The notes beneath the pieces were generated by a model, which was not told where the DNA came from, did not search any database, and worked only from the letters and a program-made list of their open reading frames with translations. This document shows, piece after piece, positions 45,779 through 58,903 of a stretch of 64,000 bases of DNA (the stretch's first letter is position 1; each line of letters starts with the position of its first letter). This stretch comes from Scophthalmus maximus (taxonomy: Eukaryota), in assembly GCF_022379125.1 (NCBI RefSeq), contig NC_061519.1, positions 24,047,101-24,111,100 on the forward strand. Reading direction: 5' to 3'. The position numbers and the translations under genes are program-made.

Positions 45779-46498
45779 TAATGTTTAAAGAGGAGGACCC
45801 TCTGCTGCCCCGGCCCTCTGTGCTGCCACTGGACAGGGGGACCGTGTGTTCTGTCGAGGGCCAGCTCAGGATGGACGGGGGCTTCCACGTGAGGGCCGAC
45901 ACTGGGGCCGATGATCAAGGTCTGGGCTTCCACTTGCCCCCCTACCCATCCACCTACTCTCCTCCCTGCCCCATGAGCTACCACGAGGAGTACTGCTCTA
46001 AGCCCGATGGCGCGCTGGAGGAGCCCGGTGGATCCAGGGCGGCGCTCTCCGAGCGTCACCCCAGCTTCGAGAACCTGGAGCTGGGCTTCACCGAGCTCCT
46101 TCCCCCCCTGTACCCCCGCGGGCCACAGCCGCCCTCCCCTTCTCCTTCCCCGTGGCTGGACTCACCCTACCTGTCCTCCTCACCCTCTCCCTCCCACTCC
46201 TCCTCTCTCAGCCCGTTCCCAGCCAGCAGTCCTATCTCAACCTCCCCTCTGCCTCACATCGCCACCTCCCCTTACCCCCAGTACTCCGCTTATCCTCAGG
46301 AGATGTGTCCCTCCCCTCCCTCCAACCCCAGTCCCTATCAGGACATGTACCCGGCGCCTTACTCCCATTACGACGGCTGGGATCCCCAGGGCCGGGTGGT
46401 GGGGATGGGACACGGTGGAGAGAGGGATGCCAAGATCCAGGAGTGCCCCCTGGAGTTTACCAGCTCAATGTCTATGCACCACATTACCTTTGAAGAAG
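45779..46498 (+). CDS. nfatc4: nfatc4 coding exon 12 (C-terminal Pro/Ser-rich transactivation region)
   Basis: Translation IMFKEEDPLLPRPSVLPLDRG...SPSPSPWLDSPYLSSSPSPSHSSSLSPFPASSP...HHITFEE; human has VICKEEPLPDSS...; donor G|GTGAGT. Confidence 0.85.
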
Positions 46499-47364
46499 GT
46501 GAGTAACAGTTACGGACCTCCGTGTTGAGGAGTGTGTCTGCGTGTTTCTGCGTGGGTGCTATGTATGGATACGTGGGATACGTGAGTGTGTAGATTGGTG
46601 AGATTGTAAAAAGTTTGATGACAGAAAAAATGGCTGAACTAATGGTTACAGTTTGTGCAAAAGCTTTTTATTCTAATTTGGTTTTCCGCCGTTATTTTGT
46701 AGTTGGCAGTCTAGAGAAGGGGAACAAGGGTCTGACATGCAGCAGACGTCACAAAGGTCCTGAAATCTGGGCAACGGTGTCATAGTGAAAAAACTGTGTT
46801 GTTTTTTTTACATCAACACATAATATAAACAACTGTTTTTGATAAACAATCTGTGTTATGGATAAACAGTTTCTACGTTACCAAGAGAGTAGATGAGGTA
46901 AATACTATCAGCTCATATTATCTTGACCCTTTGTGGCGAACTCTAAAAGATTCATGCTCGTACGGCCAAGTGATGAAGAACTGTGAGTTGTGAACTAGGC
47001 TGCAAAACATTTCATCTGCAGAGTTTCAGGCCAGAATAACATCATTTAACTGTTTCCCTTGTGTTATGTTAGTGTCTTAGATTTATTTATATGTATCTAC
47101 GATTGTCTTGATCTGAAAATGTTGCCTTAATATTTGTATCAGGGCATCATAGCGAAGAGATGGATGTAGGAAAAGTGTTTCAGATGCTGCTTTCCAGCTT
47201 TCCAAATAAATGAGTATAAAATTACTTGGTTATTACTTACAGGTTTATTACCCTTTTGTCGTAGCGCTGCGCGAGTTTCTGCAGGTACGAGTGACAGTGA
47301 GTGCATCAGGTGGACAGGCGGGTGGAAGGGCTTCACTGACTTATTCTCTCTCCTCCCGCCACAG

Positions 47365-47435
47365 TGTCGGAGTTCATCGGCGAGGACATCCAGTCCTACC
47401 AGTCGGCCTCGCAGATGGACAACCAGCCCAACTGA
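47365..47435 (+). CDS. nfatc4: nfatc4 coding exon 13 (stop TGA 47433-47435)
   Basis: Acceptor tctctctcctcccgccacag|; translation VSEFIGEDIQSYQSASQMDNQPN*; human has EEVSEIIGRDLSG. Confidence 0.8.
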
Positions 47436-50400
47436 GCGAGCCGATGACCAGCAGCAATTGAAATCCTCTCTATGCACTCGGTGTTCGGATGCGTCGCTCC
47501 GGTCGCGCGTGGCGCCGACAGGGGAACTTGGATCACCAGGACGCCGTTGTAATTATGACCACATGCCGCTGTTACAGTTTTATAAAGGGAAACTAATGTT
47601 TTTTGACATGTTTTCATTATAAATTATACAAGAAAGTGTTTTGGATTTATGTGTTTTTTTATTGTGACGAAACAAACAAGGCGCTCAGACAAGGTGAATC
47701 TAGTGACTGAGGGGAAAAAGGCTTTAGATGGTTAAATAAGATATGATAAAAGACACAGTATATTTTCTTTGTTTAAAGATGTGCAATTATTTCTGTATCC
47801 CCTGACAGTGTCTGTATTTTAAGATCCGTTCTGCAGTGCCCATTTCTCTTGGGATCCCCTGGCAGTGATTTCTGAATATCTAAATGTTCGTTCAGAAAGA
47901 TTTCGGCGACCAATATCTTACAGAAACTTGATCTCATGTCCGTAGATTGTTCTGTGGCTCGCGTAAAAGTTCAAGTGTTGAGACAAAAAGGATAGTTGTC
48001 CCCCGTGAGGGGACGACGTGACCAGGCTGCGACTGTTAACGCTGTTTGACAGGTTTGTATGAGCAATAGTTTGTTAGATCCTCTCGAAGGGAAGCAGAGT
48101 GGGTATCGTCCTGAAGAACACCGCCACCTGCGGGGACGCGGGACCGGGGCGCCTTCGACTGTCCTAAATCAGCAGCTGTTTGAGATATTCGTCTTTCTGC
48201 TGTAAAACTTCACAGGTCCGATGTTCTTCTGTTTGTGCTTTCTCCAAGAAAGGAGTGTGGCTCCAAGACATATCCACAAAAAAAGTCTTTCATTATTCCA
48301 AAAAACAAGGACGGCAATGAAAACGCACCCAACCTAACCTAAAAGGACGTTTACGTAGCATTCTGTTTTCTCGACAGGTTTATGGGTCTATATGCTTCGC
48401 CACCACCATAAATGGGAATGTTGGGAGGTTGAGACCAAAACAGACTTGAAGATTAAAGGGGGAGATGTCGTTGGTGAGGACGAGCTTTAAAAGATGAGCT
48501 TAGCGGTGGGAATCTGAGGCCGTAACTCCTCCATGACATTGACATTTTCCACCTCCAGCTCCTACTTCTCTCTCTGGCTGCGGTTCGGGGAAGTTCGCGA
48601 GACACATGGCGAGTTCAGTTGGGAGCCTCCGTGACCGCCCCGCGAGGCTTCGGCGCCGCGAGTCACGCTCAGCCATTCATACGGCGCTTCTCCATCATGC
48701 AGCGACCCTCAAGGCGCAGACTGAAGGACCAACCACCGATCTTTAGATAAGTGAGCGACAGCCGCTCGTGGCAAAAGGAAAGGAACGGGAAGCTCCTTTG
48801 CAAACTAATGACCAAACTTCACGAACAGCGAAGGGGGGGGGGGGGGTGTTTGCTTGTGCCTGACAACAGCACAAAGGAACACCACATCTAAAACCCTTGG
48901 GCATTAATATAGTGTCTTGCACTAGATTTAGGGAATTTGCTCCCATTGGGCCACAAGGGCCTTGGTGTCGTGCGGGGCGGCGATGGAAGGTGACGGACCA
49001 GGTTTGACGTTCCACTTCATCCCCAAGGTGTTGCACTGAAGTTCAGGGTTCGGGTTTGTCTGACGGGAGACGGACGTCGCCGCAGAGTTAGAAGCAAAGC
49101 CAGAATCAAAGTTCGCACATACTCTTGGCCATTTTAATGTAAGTAAAGTAAAGTGTAGTTTGGATGATTCTCATATACTAGTTATTAATGCTTGAAAGTA
49201 GTTGATTCTTTGATGGGCTCTCTTGGACTGTCTTATTGCAGCTCTGAGAAACACTCAACTTTGTCATGTTACCATCTGTAAGCATAGTTTCCCAGCCTAT
49301 GAATAGACCAGCAAGGTCACGCTGACTTCAAACAAGGAAATGACGTACTAAATATTAAATCAAGAGATTTACTGCGCCGACAAATCCTGTTTTGAACGCT
49401 TTTTTTTTTTTTTTCCCCCGTACCTAGGTTTGACCACCTTTATCCTGCCGGATGACTCCCACTGGTCCCTGACGTCGTCATTTCTCGCTTTTCGCATGGA
49501 GGAACACATTGTTCCCCTCCATCCACATATTGAAACATGAAATCACTCCCACGTTCACCAGGGGGAGGTAGAAGCTCAAACATAAGACAGAGAGACCTAG
49601 GGGAGGGTCGGTCTGACTGACACATCCAGGTTCAGACAACAGCTGCTCGCATTCGGTATAGTTAAAGACCATTATGTCAAAACCGAGCCACAGTCACCGG
49701 AAAGCCCGAGTCCCAGGCGAGCAGACTAACTATAGGATGGCGGAGGCGTGTGGAAGCAGGGCTGCTGGTGCAGAACGTGAACAGACTCAAACTGACACGG
49801 CTCGTGTTCAGAGGAAGCTGCATCCGTTTCCCAGCGCCTGAGAAGCTCACAAATGGGTTTGTCTTAGACTGTGCAAAAGAGAGTCACGCAAACCAGGAGC
49901 GAGCATGTGCTTTCATCAGGGGGTCACGTACGCCTGAGGCCGGGCGCCGTGTCTAGTCGTCAAAACCCCTGCGCCGCGCACATGACCCCTCCCCAGTCAA
50001 ACCACACCACGTTTCTTCACACTGATCAGCACTTCCCACCGTGAATGGACCGAACTATATTGTCCGAGGTTCCTCTTTCCGACATGCAGACACAGGGATG
50101 ATCGTTTGCTGGTGCTACGGTCGTCCCCTCGAGTGACGCCGTGCCCAGATTGGTCACCGTGTTCCCACTTGAATTTTTTAAAAAAATGACCCAATTCCTC
50201 GTGGGAACTGTTCAGACGAGTCTTCTCAGGCACCAGGCGAGGTCATCTCATCTATGGCGAGACGAAAACAATCATCGAGCAGCTCACGTCTCTGTGGAGG
50301 TGTCGTGGACGCGGGGAGGTGTCGACATTACTCTAAACTAAATCCACTGCAGAGACCGGGGACGGGCCGAACACTGTGAACCCGTTGACCTGTGGAGCGA

Positions 50401-51291
50401 ACCGGAAGTCTCCTCAACGTTATAATATACCTTACAGTAAATACTTCTGCTTAAGACCTCCACGGTTTTCCGTCTTCCTTATTCAGCATCCACCCCATCG
50501 ACTATTCCATTTTAGCTGATAAATTATTCCATTTCAATATTGAGGTTACAGTCGACGATTGGTAATGTAATGTAGGAGTTGCAAAGACCCAATGACGGAG
50601 GCAAATGATGAGGCCAGTGGGGGTTTCAAACATTTTCCTCCGCCTTCTGACGGAAAACTCTCAATACTAAATGTCCAACGTATGAAGCGTACAATCCAAT
50701 CAAACATGAACTCCCGTTTTTCTGAAAAAACGCCAGCAAACCTGTTGCAGCTGGTGAACCTCAGGTCCGAGGTTGTGGATGCCAGAAGGGGGCGGGTGTG
50801 TCCACGGCAACTCTTCGGGGTGAACACGCTAAAGTACATCTGAAGGCCGCAATAGTCCCCGCGTTCCCCAGTTCGTCCAGTTACCCCCCGTCACCTGAGG
50901 CTTCCGTTCAGCTTCCTCTGTGTTTCCCTGAACCTGTTGAGTTTGGATCGGCTGTCCAAAGTTCCTCATTGCGTCGGAACCACACTTTGAACTGAGGCAG
51001 CGAGCTGCAGCACAGCCACGGGTCAGTGTGAGGTCAAAAGGAAACGGTATTACTTCACATGTCACGACGACAAACGGCTTTGCACAGCTGTTTGTCGTCG
51101 TGACTCACGGGTCGGAAAGAGACGGGGCCAGAGATCGGACTGGGGCCTTTTCCAAGCACTCGGCACATCTGTGCGTCCGTGGTAACCACGGTTGTGTGTC
51201 CTGTGTTGTCATTCGAGTGCCCGTTGTTCCACACGCTCTCTTGGCAGCGTTGAGAACAACACATCCGCTTCAAGAGTGGAAACACACCATG

Positions 51292-51292
<1 letters not shown>

Positions 51293-51336
<44 letters not shown>
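51293..51336. repeat. (GT)22 microsatellite
   Basis: read directly. Confidence 0.9.
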
Positions 51337-51338
<2 letters not shown>

Positions 51339-52214
51339 ACAGAGTTCATTCTGTGGCCTCTTTCATTTTAGATTCCACCAAGCTATTGTTGAGCGGATTA
51401 TCTTTAAACTCTTTGTTCTGTTCATGGCTCGTGGTGGGAAGGCCAAGATTAGTAGCTCAAGGAGAGAAGGAAGACCCGTCCCCGCTGTGTGTGACGGTGC
51501 ATAACAGGAGCAACGCTTGTGGGAGACGACGTAAAAACCAACAAGAGGTTCAGTTTACTTTTAAGCAGCCAGGGAGAAAGGCAGACAGCAAACGATTTTC
51601 ACTGTGACAGGGAAACTCTGAAAGATGGGATCCTGTCTTGACTCAGCTAAAGTGGTTCGCAGCACATGAATAAGTACTGTACCTACTGTATATACACAAC
51701 CTAAAATCTTTCAACAATAAGCCACAACATACTGTCACATTTTGCACAAACATACGGGCTCATGAACGTCACCTGATCTCTGTGAAGGAGCCCATGATTT
51801 TTTTTCAATTCAAATTTCAATCTGCAACAGGTCTCGCACGACTCTACTTCCTAAATCTTACATCGTGTAAGAAGAGAAGAAAAAACACCAGTATGTGTGT
51901 CATTAATTAACTCCAACTTCAGCGGCTGGGTTTGCTGTCGGAACCACATTCCCATGGCAGGAGGCGCTTCCTTAAAAAAAAGGGAAAAGGCCTGACTACT
52001 GTCAGGAAGGGGAGGAGGTGTGGAAAGTTAAAAAAAAAAAAAAAAGAATGTGGTGAGCGATAAAGTAAACACCCGAGTATAAATAGTGTGTGCATTGAGC
52101 AGATGATGATTTATTGTCAGTTTACTTTCCGGTCAAACAAGCAGCTTGCTCTTGTTTGAACGAGAAATGGTATGAAGGTTTTTTAAAATGTACATATATA
52201 TATATAAAAACTAA

Positions 52215-52216
<2 letters not shown>

Positions 52217-52262
<46 letters not shown>
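52217..52262. repeat. (AT)23 microsatellite
   Basis: read directly. Confidence 0.9.
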
Positions 52263-52264
<2 letters not shown>

Positions 52265-54624
52265 TTAGTTTGTTCAGTTCCAGTCAATTGGTCATTTCGG
52301 GCTTTTGAGTTTGGATGTTTTTTTTCCTGTGCTGCTATGACAACGGGAGAGGAGAGGGGCGGGGGAGTTTGAAGGGGGGGATGTGACGAGGGGTCAGTCT
52401 GCAGACTGCAATACAGGGGCGTGTTCTTTTTTTATATATACAATATACAATAGACAGTGTAAAAAAATGGACGCAGTGCCTGAAGCCTGCATTCCCTGGA
52501 ATGACCAGCAGAGGGCGACTCCACTGGTTGTTGTTGTGTTTGAAAAAGTTGATGCAGATGAATTGCGAAGACGGGAGAGACCGTAGATGTCTTGAGCAGA
52601 AATATTCATCACGGGAGATAAAATGTCCGAGGGGATTTCTTGTTTCATACAAAGATCATAAAAGCGTCAGTGCACGATGTCTCTCTGTTTTTTTTAACTC
52701 TCAGAATCATGTCGTCATTAGACAGACATGGCGCCTTAGAATCAGGATGTTTTGACGCCCAGGGACGGTGACCTGACCTGCCAGAGATAAGACGACCTCG
52801 CACCGGTAAGGGGAGAGAATTTTCCACCACAGTAAACAGTTTATTGTCTCAATCGCAAGTTTCAACTCTTCTTCGATACAACATGATGTTCATCTTGTGA
52901 GTCTTTTCTCATTTAGAGTGAAATAGACCATGGAGCACGGTGGGGCGTGACTGGCAGCGGGTACAGTCCAATCGATGCATGGCTGCAGGTGTTGGGTCGA
53001 CGTGCAGTCGACGAGCTCTCAGCCAGGGCTGTCCAACGGGTGAGGTCGCGGCGTGTCACCGCTTCGCCTCCATCTTCTCTCTCGCTCCTGCTGATCTGTG
53101 AACTTGTGGCCCTGCAAAGTTACATGTGTTTGTTGTTTGTTTTTTTTTAAATCATTCGCATTTTTATTAATGATAGGATTATTGATTGATATGGCTCACA
53201 GCATAATGGCAATGCCAATAGGCCGATGTCTAGCATGCCCACATTTGGTGCATGAAATACGCAGTAGAAGTATTTTCACACATTAAAATCCACCCAATAG
53301 TCTTTGAGGTATTTCCCTCAAAGTGGTGAACAGACCAACCAACGACTAGCGGCCTGCCTCGAGCCGCGCCCCAATACTGTGGTTAAATAACTCAAAACAT
53401 ATCTTTCATCAAACCAGAGCGATACAATAATACAAAACACACGTCTTGTTTACCATGCGGTTTTATTGAAACCCTGGGTGATGTTTTTATGTCTATACTT
53501 AACACTGATGTGGCAAGCACACATGAAACATGAACAGTGCAATACAAAAAAAGAGGAAAATTATGGAATATAACAACGACGCGAGAGGGAGAGGACCTTG
53601 TTCTCTTTCTCTGCACATTTCTTCTTGGTTTTTTTCTACAGCAGAACCAAACCCAAAGACCCGATCAACAACGTGTGACTTTAGTGATGTGAGTTTGGTG
53701 CTGCAGATGCATTGATATAAGGCGACTTTGAACACACAGAAAATACAAATATTAAGTGCACTTTTAAGCATACGCGTTGTTTTTTTAATCCACAATATGC
53801 ATATGGTATACTATATATTCTGGCCATAAGATTGTAGCTAGCAGATGCCGATAACAGGAGAAAAAAAGCCAGCCCATAGCATTCATCTTAACATCATGTA
53901 AACTATTTTTGCACAACTTCAAGTCAAGTTAAAAAGAATATTGGAGCCGTGTAAAAGGCACTGCCGAAGGAAAGAACCGGGACAGCTGCACCGCGTCCTG
54001 TCAAACCATCGAGGCAATCCATGACTCAGATGAGAACAAATTGAAAAAAGAACAAAACAGAAATTTTACTTTCTTAGATTTCCAATTGTACGGCATTTCA
54101 ATATTTTGGATCTGTACAGCTATTCACTTTTTCGTCTACGTCAAACAAATGCCCGTCAGTTATTTCATAGCCAATATCCAATTTAAGACAATCTCAGTGC
54201 GGGGCAATGACATATACATCATGCAAATTAAAACTATAAAATGAATACACCACCGTTTACTTTTGGTTTGTCATCGTTCGTCCTCACAGAACCATGTTTA
54301 CGGGAACAAAGTATTTTGGGTTGTATCGCTGTTAAGAGTCCTGTTCTGGAGATTCTGTTCATATCTTAGTCAGACATCGCAAACGTCCCTGTATACATGA
54401 CATGAGTATGATCGGCCATTAGAAGCGATAAAAAGGGTGATTTAACATCTTTGGTGATATCAGCATGCTCCAAGAAAACACATTCAGGTCTCTAATAATC
54501 AAGTTGACAGTCTGTTTAGGTCACAATGTTTGACATTTACATGTTCCCACACATGAAAAAAGAAGTTATTTAAGGGGAATATTGTTGTACGTGTAAACAT
54601 GGCCATTGACCTCAACCTCTCTTA

Positions 54625-54625
<1 letters not shown>

Positions 54626-54654
<29 letters not shown>
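54626..54654. repeat. poly-C homopolymer (about 29 nt)
   Basis: read directly. Confidence 0.9.
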
Positions 54655-54656
<2 letters not shown>

Positions 54657-54957
54657 TCTCTCTCTACGGTCAGATTACTGGCAGTATGCTTCACACAAAA
54701 TAAAATTTTCGCACGTCTGCGAGTGGGTTTCGGGGCCAAAAAAGCGACGACAACAAAGCGTTAAGAGTCGGCTACGTGAACTCGTCTTTGAAAAGACCTG
54801 ATGCCCCCTCATGTGACGCACCCTCGGCCGACCGTTACACAGCTACCGTGGGGACACTTCTTGATCTCGCAGCATTTCGTTCTACTAAATAAAAATTAAA
54901 AAATCAAAGTCTTTAATTTTTCAGAGCTGTTTGACGGACTTTAGAATAAAAAAAAAT

Positions 54958-54964
54958 TTATTTA
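54958..54964 (-). promoter_or_regulatory. AAATAAA poly(A) signal on the minus strand about 70 nt past the myadm-like stop
   Basis: Plus-strand tttattt at about 54958-54964. Confidence 0.4.
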
Positions 54965-55028
54965 AAAAAAGCCAACAAATTCTATTTGATTTGGAGCATA
55001 CTGCTGGCCTGACATCCCGTCTCTCTCC

Positions 55029-55910
55029 TCAGGCGCTGACGAACACCAGGCGGGTGGAGTAGACCAGGTCGATGAGGTACAGGATGAAGTTGAGGCCGGT
55101 GAGCACGGACACGGCTATGAGCTTGTCCCATATACACAGCCCCAGCGCGTTGGAGCAATTGTACGGCCTCTGTTTTGTTCCGCCGTGCTTGGGGTCAAAG
55201 TTGAAGATGGGCCAGATGATGGTCGCCGACAGATAGAGAACCACGGCCAGCAGGGCGTAGGCCGACAGGAAGCGGGCGAACGGGAAGGGGAGGCAGCCGG
55301 TGCACTCGCCGATGCAGAGCAGGATGATGGCCGCCGACAGGATGAAGCAGATGCAGTAGACGGACATGCAGTACTTGAGCGCATCGTGGCGGTCGTACAG
55401 CACCGGGTCGCTGATGAAGACAAAGATGATGCAGGCCACGAAGGTCTCGCAGACTTTCAGCAGGCCGGGGGCCGTGGCCATGTAGCCGGCCACCTCGCCC
55501 GGACGCGCCTTGCTGATGCTCACTTCGCTGATGTAGGCGATGGTGGCCAGGCAGGAGAAGACGGTCGACACGATGCGGAAGTCGCGGACGTCGCTGGGGC
55601 CCGTGGACCCCTTGAGGAAGTAGAGGGGGAAGATGATGGAGGCGGACAGGCAGAGCAGCGCGGAGTAGCAGGCGAACGTGATGGGGAAGTTCTTCCAGGA
55701 GACGGGGGCTCGGGCCTGCAGGCCGAACAGCTCCACCAGGACGACGAGCAGGGTCCCGGCGAAGCTGAAGGCCCAGCAGAAGATGCACCAGTCTCCGGTG
55801 CCGTGGTGGAGTCTGCCGCCGTGCACCGCCACGGAGAAGGCCACGCAGGCGAAGACCATGGCTGCCAGCCGCGTCCACAGGAGCGGACTGGAGTGGAGGA
55901 CTATGGCCAT
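55029..55910 (-). CDS. myadm: myadm-like (myeloid-associated differentiation marker family), intronless CDS with two MARVEL domains
   Basis: Translation [31 protein letters not shown]...[27 protein letters not shown]...[33 protein letters not shown]...LVFVSA*. This aligns along its whole length with human MYADM ([23 protein letters not shown]; [33 protein letters not shown]). Kozak context CCCATCATGG. The long ORF 55029..56450 extends upstream of the likely true start. Confidence 0.85.
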   Translation of the reverse strand: MAIVLHSSPLLWTRLAAMVFACVAFSVAVHGGRLHHGTGDWCIFCWAFSFAGTLLVVLVELFGLQARAPVSWKNFPITFACYSALLCLSASIIFPLYFLKGSTGPSDVRDFRIVSTVFSCLATIAYISEVSISKARPGEVAGYMATAPGLLKVCETFVACIIFVFISDPVLYDRHDALKYCMSVYCICFILSAAIILLCIGECTGCLPFPFARFLSAYALLAVVLYLSATIIWPIFNFDPKHGGTKQRPYNCSNALGLCIWDKLIAVSVLTGLNFILYLIDLVYSTRLVFVSA

Positions 55911-57282
55911 GATGGGAGACGGAGTGGGTGACGAGAGACTCTTTTTCTTCCTTTCCTTTTGGGGCGTCACCTTCCTCAGATGCGTACAGACAGAACTGCA
56001 AGGAGAAAAAGGACAACGAAGAGAGTCAGCGCGGCACATTTCACGGTGTAATGTCGTTTCTGCTGAGGTGCAATGTGCGGCCACGTGAGGGCAACAGCTT
56101 GCAATTCGAACGGGCCGCGTACTCCTACACACCACGGTCCGGCCAAACAATGGCGTTATTGTATTTCGATGAGAGGCTGAAACAAGTGAAACCCACGAAA
56201 ACACAATTTCTAACCGCAAATAATGACTGCACTGTGATCGCACTCGCCGCAGCACATTTACATCTGGTAAACACTCCGTCCCCTGTTTCCCCCGTCTGGC
56301 GAGTTTCGTCCCCGAGTTCCCATCAAGACTCCAGACTTCTTTATTATCGACAGCATTCCTGCGCTGAGTGCAGACCGCTCCGCTCTGACATTCCTCCGCG
56401 CTCGAGGCCTCGTCGGCGGGCGTGGCGCCGCAGCCTCCACTCACGCCCATAAATGCGTCTGTCGTCGCGCTCTAAAAATGACCCTCCTCGCTTGCTCCAC
56501 GCCGGAGGGGGGGCCGGGGGGCCTCGTCCACACTGCACAGAGAAACTGGAATCTCAACAGGCCTTTTAAAATGTGACGCGGCTCGACCTTGAATTCTGAC
56601 CTTTGTCACAGAAACAGACCCGTGAGTCTATTTCATCTCATTTATTTTTTACTGCCTATTAATTCAACTTTTCATTCTTCGGTGAAGGATTTTTTAGCTT
56701 CCGTCTCAAGTTACACAGTCGACCCTTTTGGAGCTCACACTGGAAAATGTTTTTTTCCGCTTTGTGAGATGAGAGCGAGCGTCGACGTCACACATTACCA
56801 AGGGCCAAAAAGTAACACTGAGAGAGAGAGAGAGCGTCCAGTCCTGAAACCAAGCACTCTGGTGATACTAAAATATTTGAATCATTAATGGATGACCCCC
56901 CCCTTGGGTTCCGTTCATCTATTAATGGTCGACCTCCGTCAGACATCCACAGTCACGCGAAGTCGTCTGAAAGATTTTAGCTGCTGTTAAAAAAAATTGT
57001 GACAAAATGACGCCAAACTCAACTTTTATTTTGATGACACGCTTTCAGATCTTGGTGGGAGGGCGGCAGAGGCTATGTAAGGGGAGAAGAAAGGTAAAAA
57101 GAGGGGGTGTGGGGTGGGGGTAGGGTGAAAGATGGATATACTGTACATGGATGATAACAAAGTAATCTTGGGGGGATTGCAAGGACCAAGGTAATGGATA
57201 CTGCAGATCCCACAGGTAGTGAGACGTGTGGGGGAATGAGTACTGAAAAACAAAATGATACTTCTGCAGCACGTGTGTGTGC

Positions 57283-57319
<37 letters not shown>

Positions 57320-58840
57320 AACAAGGCCTGATGAGGAAGAGTGTTCCTCAATGATGTGACCGTTCACTTTATTTCACACTTGTACAGTGTATGTCTGCAC
57401 GAATGGCAAAGTCGAGGGCAGAGGGGGCAGCGCCCTGGGGTTCAAAGGTCAACGTCAGCGATGACGTGATCTCTGAGATCTAGAGATGCGACTGTCTACA
57501 TGGAGGGGGGCCCGTCTCTCGGGGTCCGAGCGACTGAGACTGAATTCTCTGACATCAAACAAATGGTTTTTCTTGGCCACCGAACAAGACGGACATTTTC
57601 ACAGTGCAGGAACACCCCGACCACACAGTCCGTCCTCCCGCCCTCTCCCCCCTGACCCCCCGCCGCCCACTTGGCTCCGCGTGCGCTGCACTATCTGTTC
57701 CCGGTTTGCTCTGGCAGTCAGTTATAAACAAGGAGAAAAGACCGGTTTACATTAGGCCCATTAAACACCTATGAAAAACCACCGAGGCCGGGGAGGGGGG
57801 GGGGAAATGCTGGGCCGCGGGCGAGGAATGGGAAAAAACCCCCCCCCTGCAAACCCTGAAACTCCTTCAGGATGACTCACCCGGAGCCCAGAGGGAGGGA
57901 GAGGAGTGAGAAGAGGGAGGGACACGGGGGAAGCCCTGTGCCTCGGCCGCTGGACGACACACAGTTTAAACACAGTGATGGAGTGGAATAGCAAACGGGT
58001 GAGTCACCGCCGGGCCCCGCTCTTTCACCACTCGTCTCTCTCCCCTCCTCCCTTGTTCCGTGTAAGATTTTCCGAACGTGCTGATGTGTTCCAGATGTGC
58101 TGCAGTCTGGCCGCTGCTGAACAACTGGCAACTTTGTCATATTTGCCAAGTCCTCTGCTTTCCTCGCCCCTCTTTTCCTTCGCTTCCTTCCCTCCTCGCA
58201 GTTTCTTTTGGTGACTACTCCCTCTCTTTTCCATCAGTCGCCCCCCCCCCAGCTCAATACTCCCACTCCAGCGTTAAAGTCAGGGTACCAATTATGCCTC
58301 GCGTAAACCACTCAAAATAAACGTAAACGGAGGGTCGTAATGGAAAAATCTATCGCGCCACTGTGCTGCCGCCATTACTGTGCTGCTTATGGAATCGAGT
58401 CAGGAAAGAAATGGGGCGGTGGGGGGGGGGAGACAAGAAGAAACAAGAGCTCATTGTGGAAAATGAGAGTCTTTTCGCGGCACAACCATGGAAAACACGA
58501 CAGGGTCACACAAACGGGGGGCACCTCCCCACAGGGAAGAGTCGCTGAAAATAGGTTCACACATCACGGCCTGCAGCAGGACAGCAAACAGGATGTGACT
58601 CCATCGCGCCCCTTTGCACAGTCACTCAAACAGCACGCACACACACACACACACACACACGCGCATCATGAGACCGAGATGTTCGGGGAAACAAGTGTTT
58701 GTCTCAGGCCGAGCGGTCTTGTGCGCTTGTTTGGTTGTCATGATGACACAACATCACTAACTCGATTTCACCCATAATCCACTTACGAGGGGACGCATGG
58801 GTCGAAGCACAAGATGGGCTCTGTTGGCAGACCATCTCGA

Positions 58841-58842
<2 letters not shown>

Positions 58843-58886
<44 letters not shown>

Positions 58887-58903
58887 TCTGTGTGTGTGTG
58901 TGT
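58843..58903. repeat. (GT)30 microsatellite
   Basis: read directly. Confidence 0.9.

Larger units (their letters stand above)
33431..47435 (+). other. nfatc4: nfatc4 gene locus (nuclear factor of activated T cells 4), 13 coding exons
   Basis: Start MGAAPGSGWEEGEFEFKLVFEEE matches human MGAASCEDEELEFKLVFGEE. The calcineurin docking motif CPSIQIT is present. The Rel homology region is nearly identical ([26 protein letters not shown]; [34 protein letters not shown]). Other matches are DGKLQWEEEA, SNGKRKRS and the C-terminal VSEFIGEDI, which parallels human VSEIIGRDL. Confidence 0.92.

Noticed and set aside
39304-46528. Alternative-frame ORFs over nfatc4 exons (39304..39723, 39365..39580, 39647..39979, 46007..46528, 46152..46493, 45733..46059)
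   Set aside because: They are Pro/Ala/Arg-rich out-of-frame translations of GC-rich NFAT exons with no independent similarity.
48581-48740. 48-codon ATG-initiated ORF in a GC-rich block (MASSVGSLRDRPARLRRRESRSAIHTALLHHAATLKAQTEGPTTDL)
   Set aside because: It ends in a stop before any donor site and has no recognisable similarity. I kept it only as a note under the 47.4-55 kb finding.
55115-56088. ORFs 55185..55931 (+, 248 aa), 55195..56016 (-, 273 aa), 55115..55423 (-), 55678..56088 (+) overlapping the myadm-like CDS
   Set aside because: These are alternative frames of a GC-rich coding exon. Only the frame giving MARVEL-domain similarity is real.
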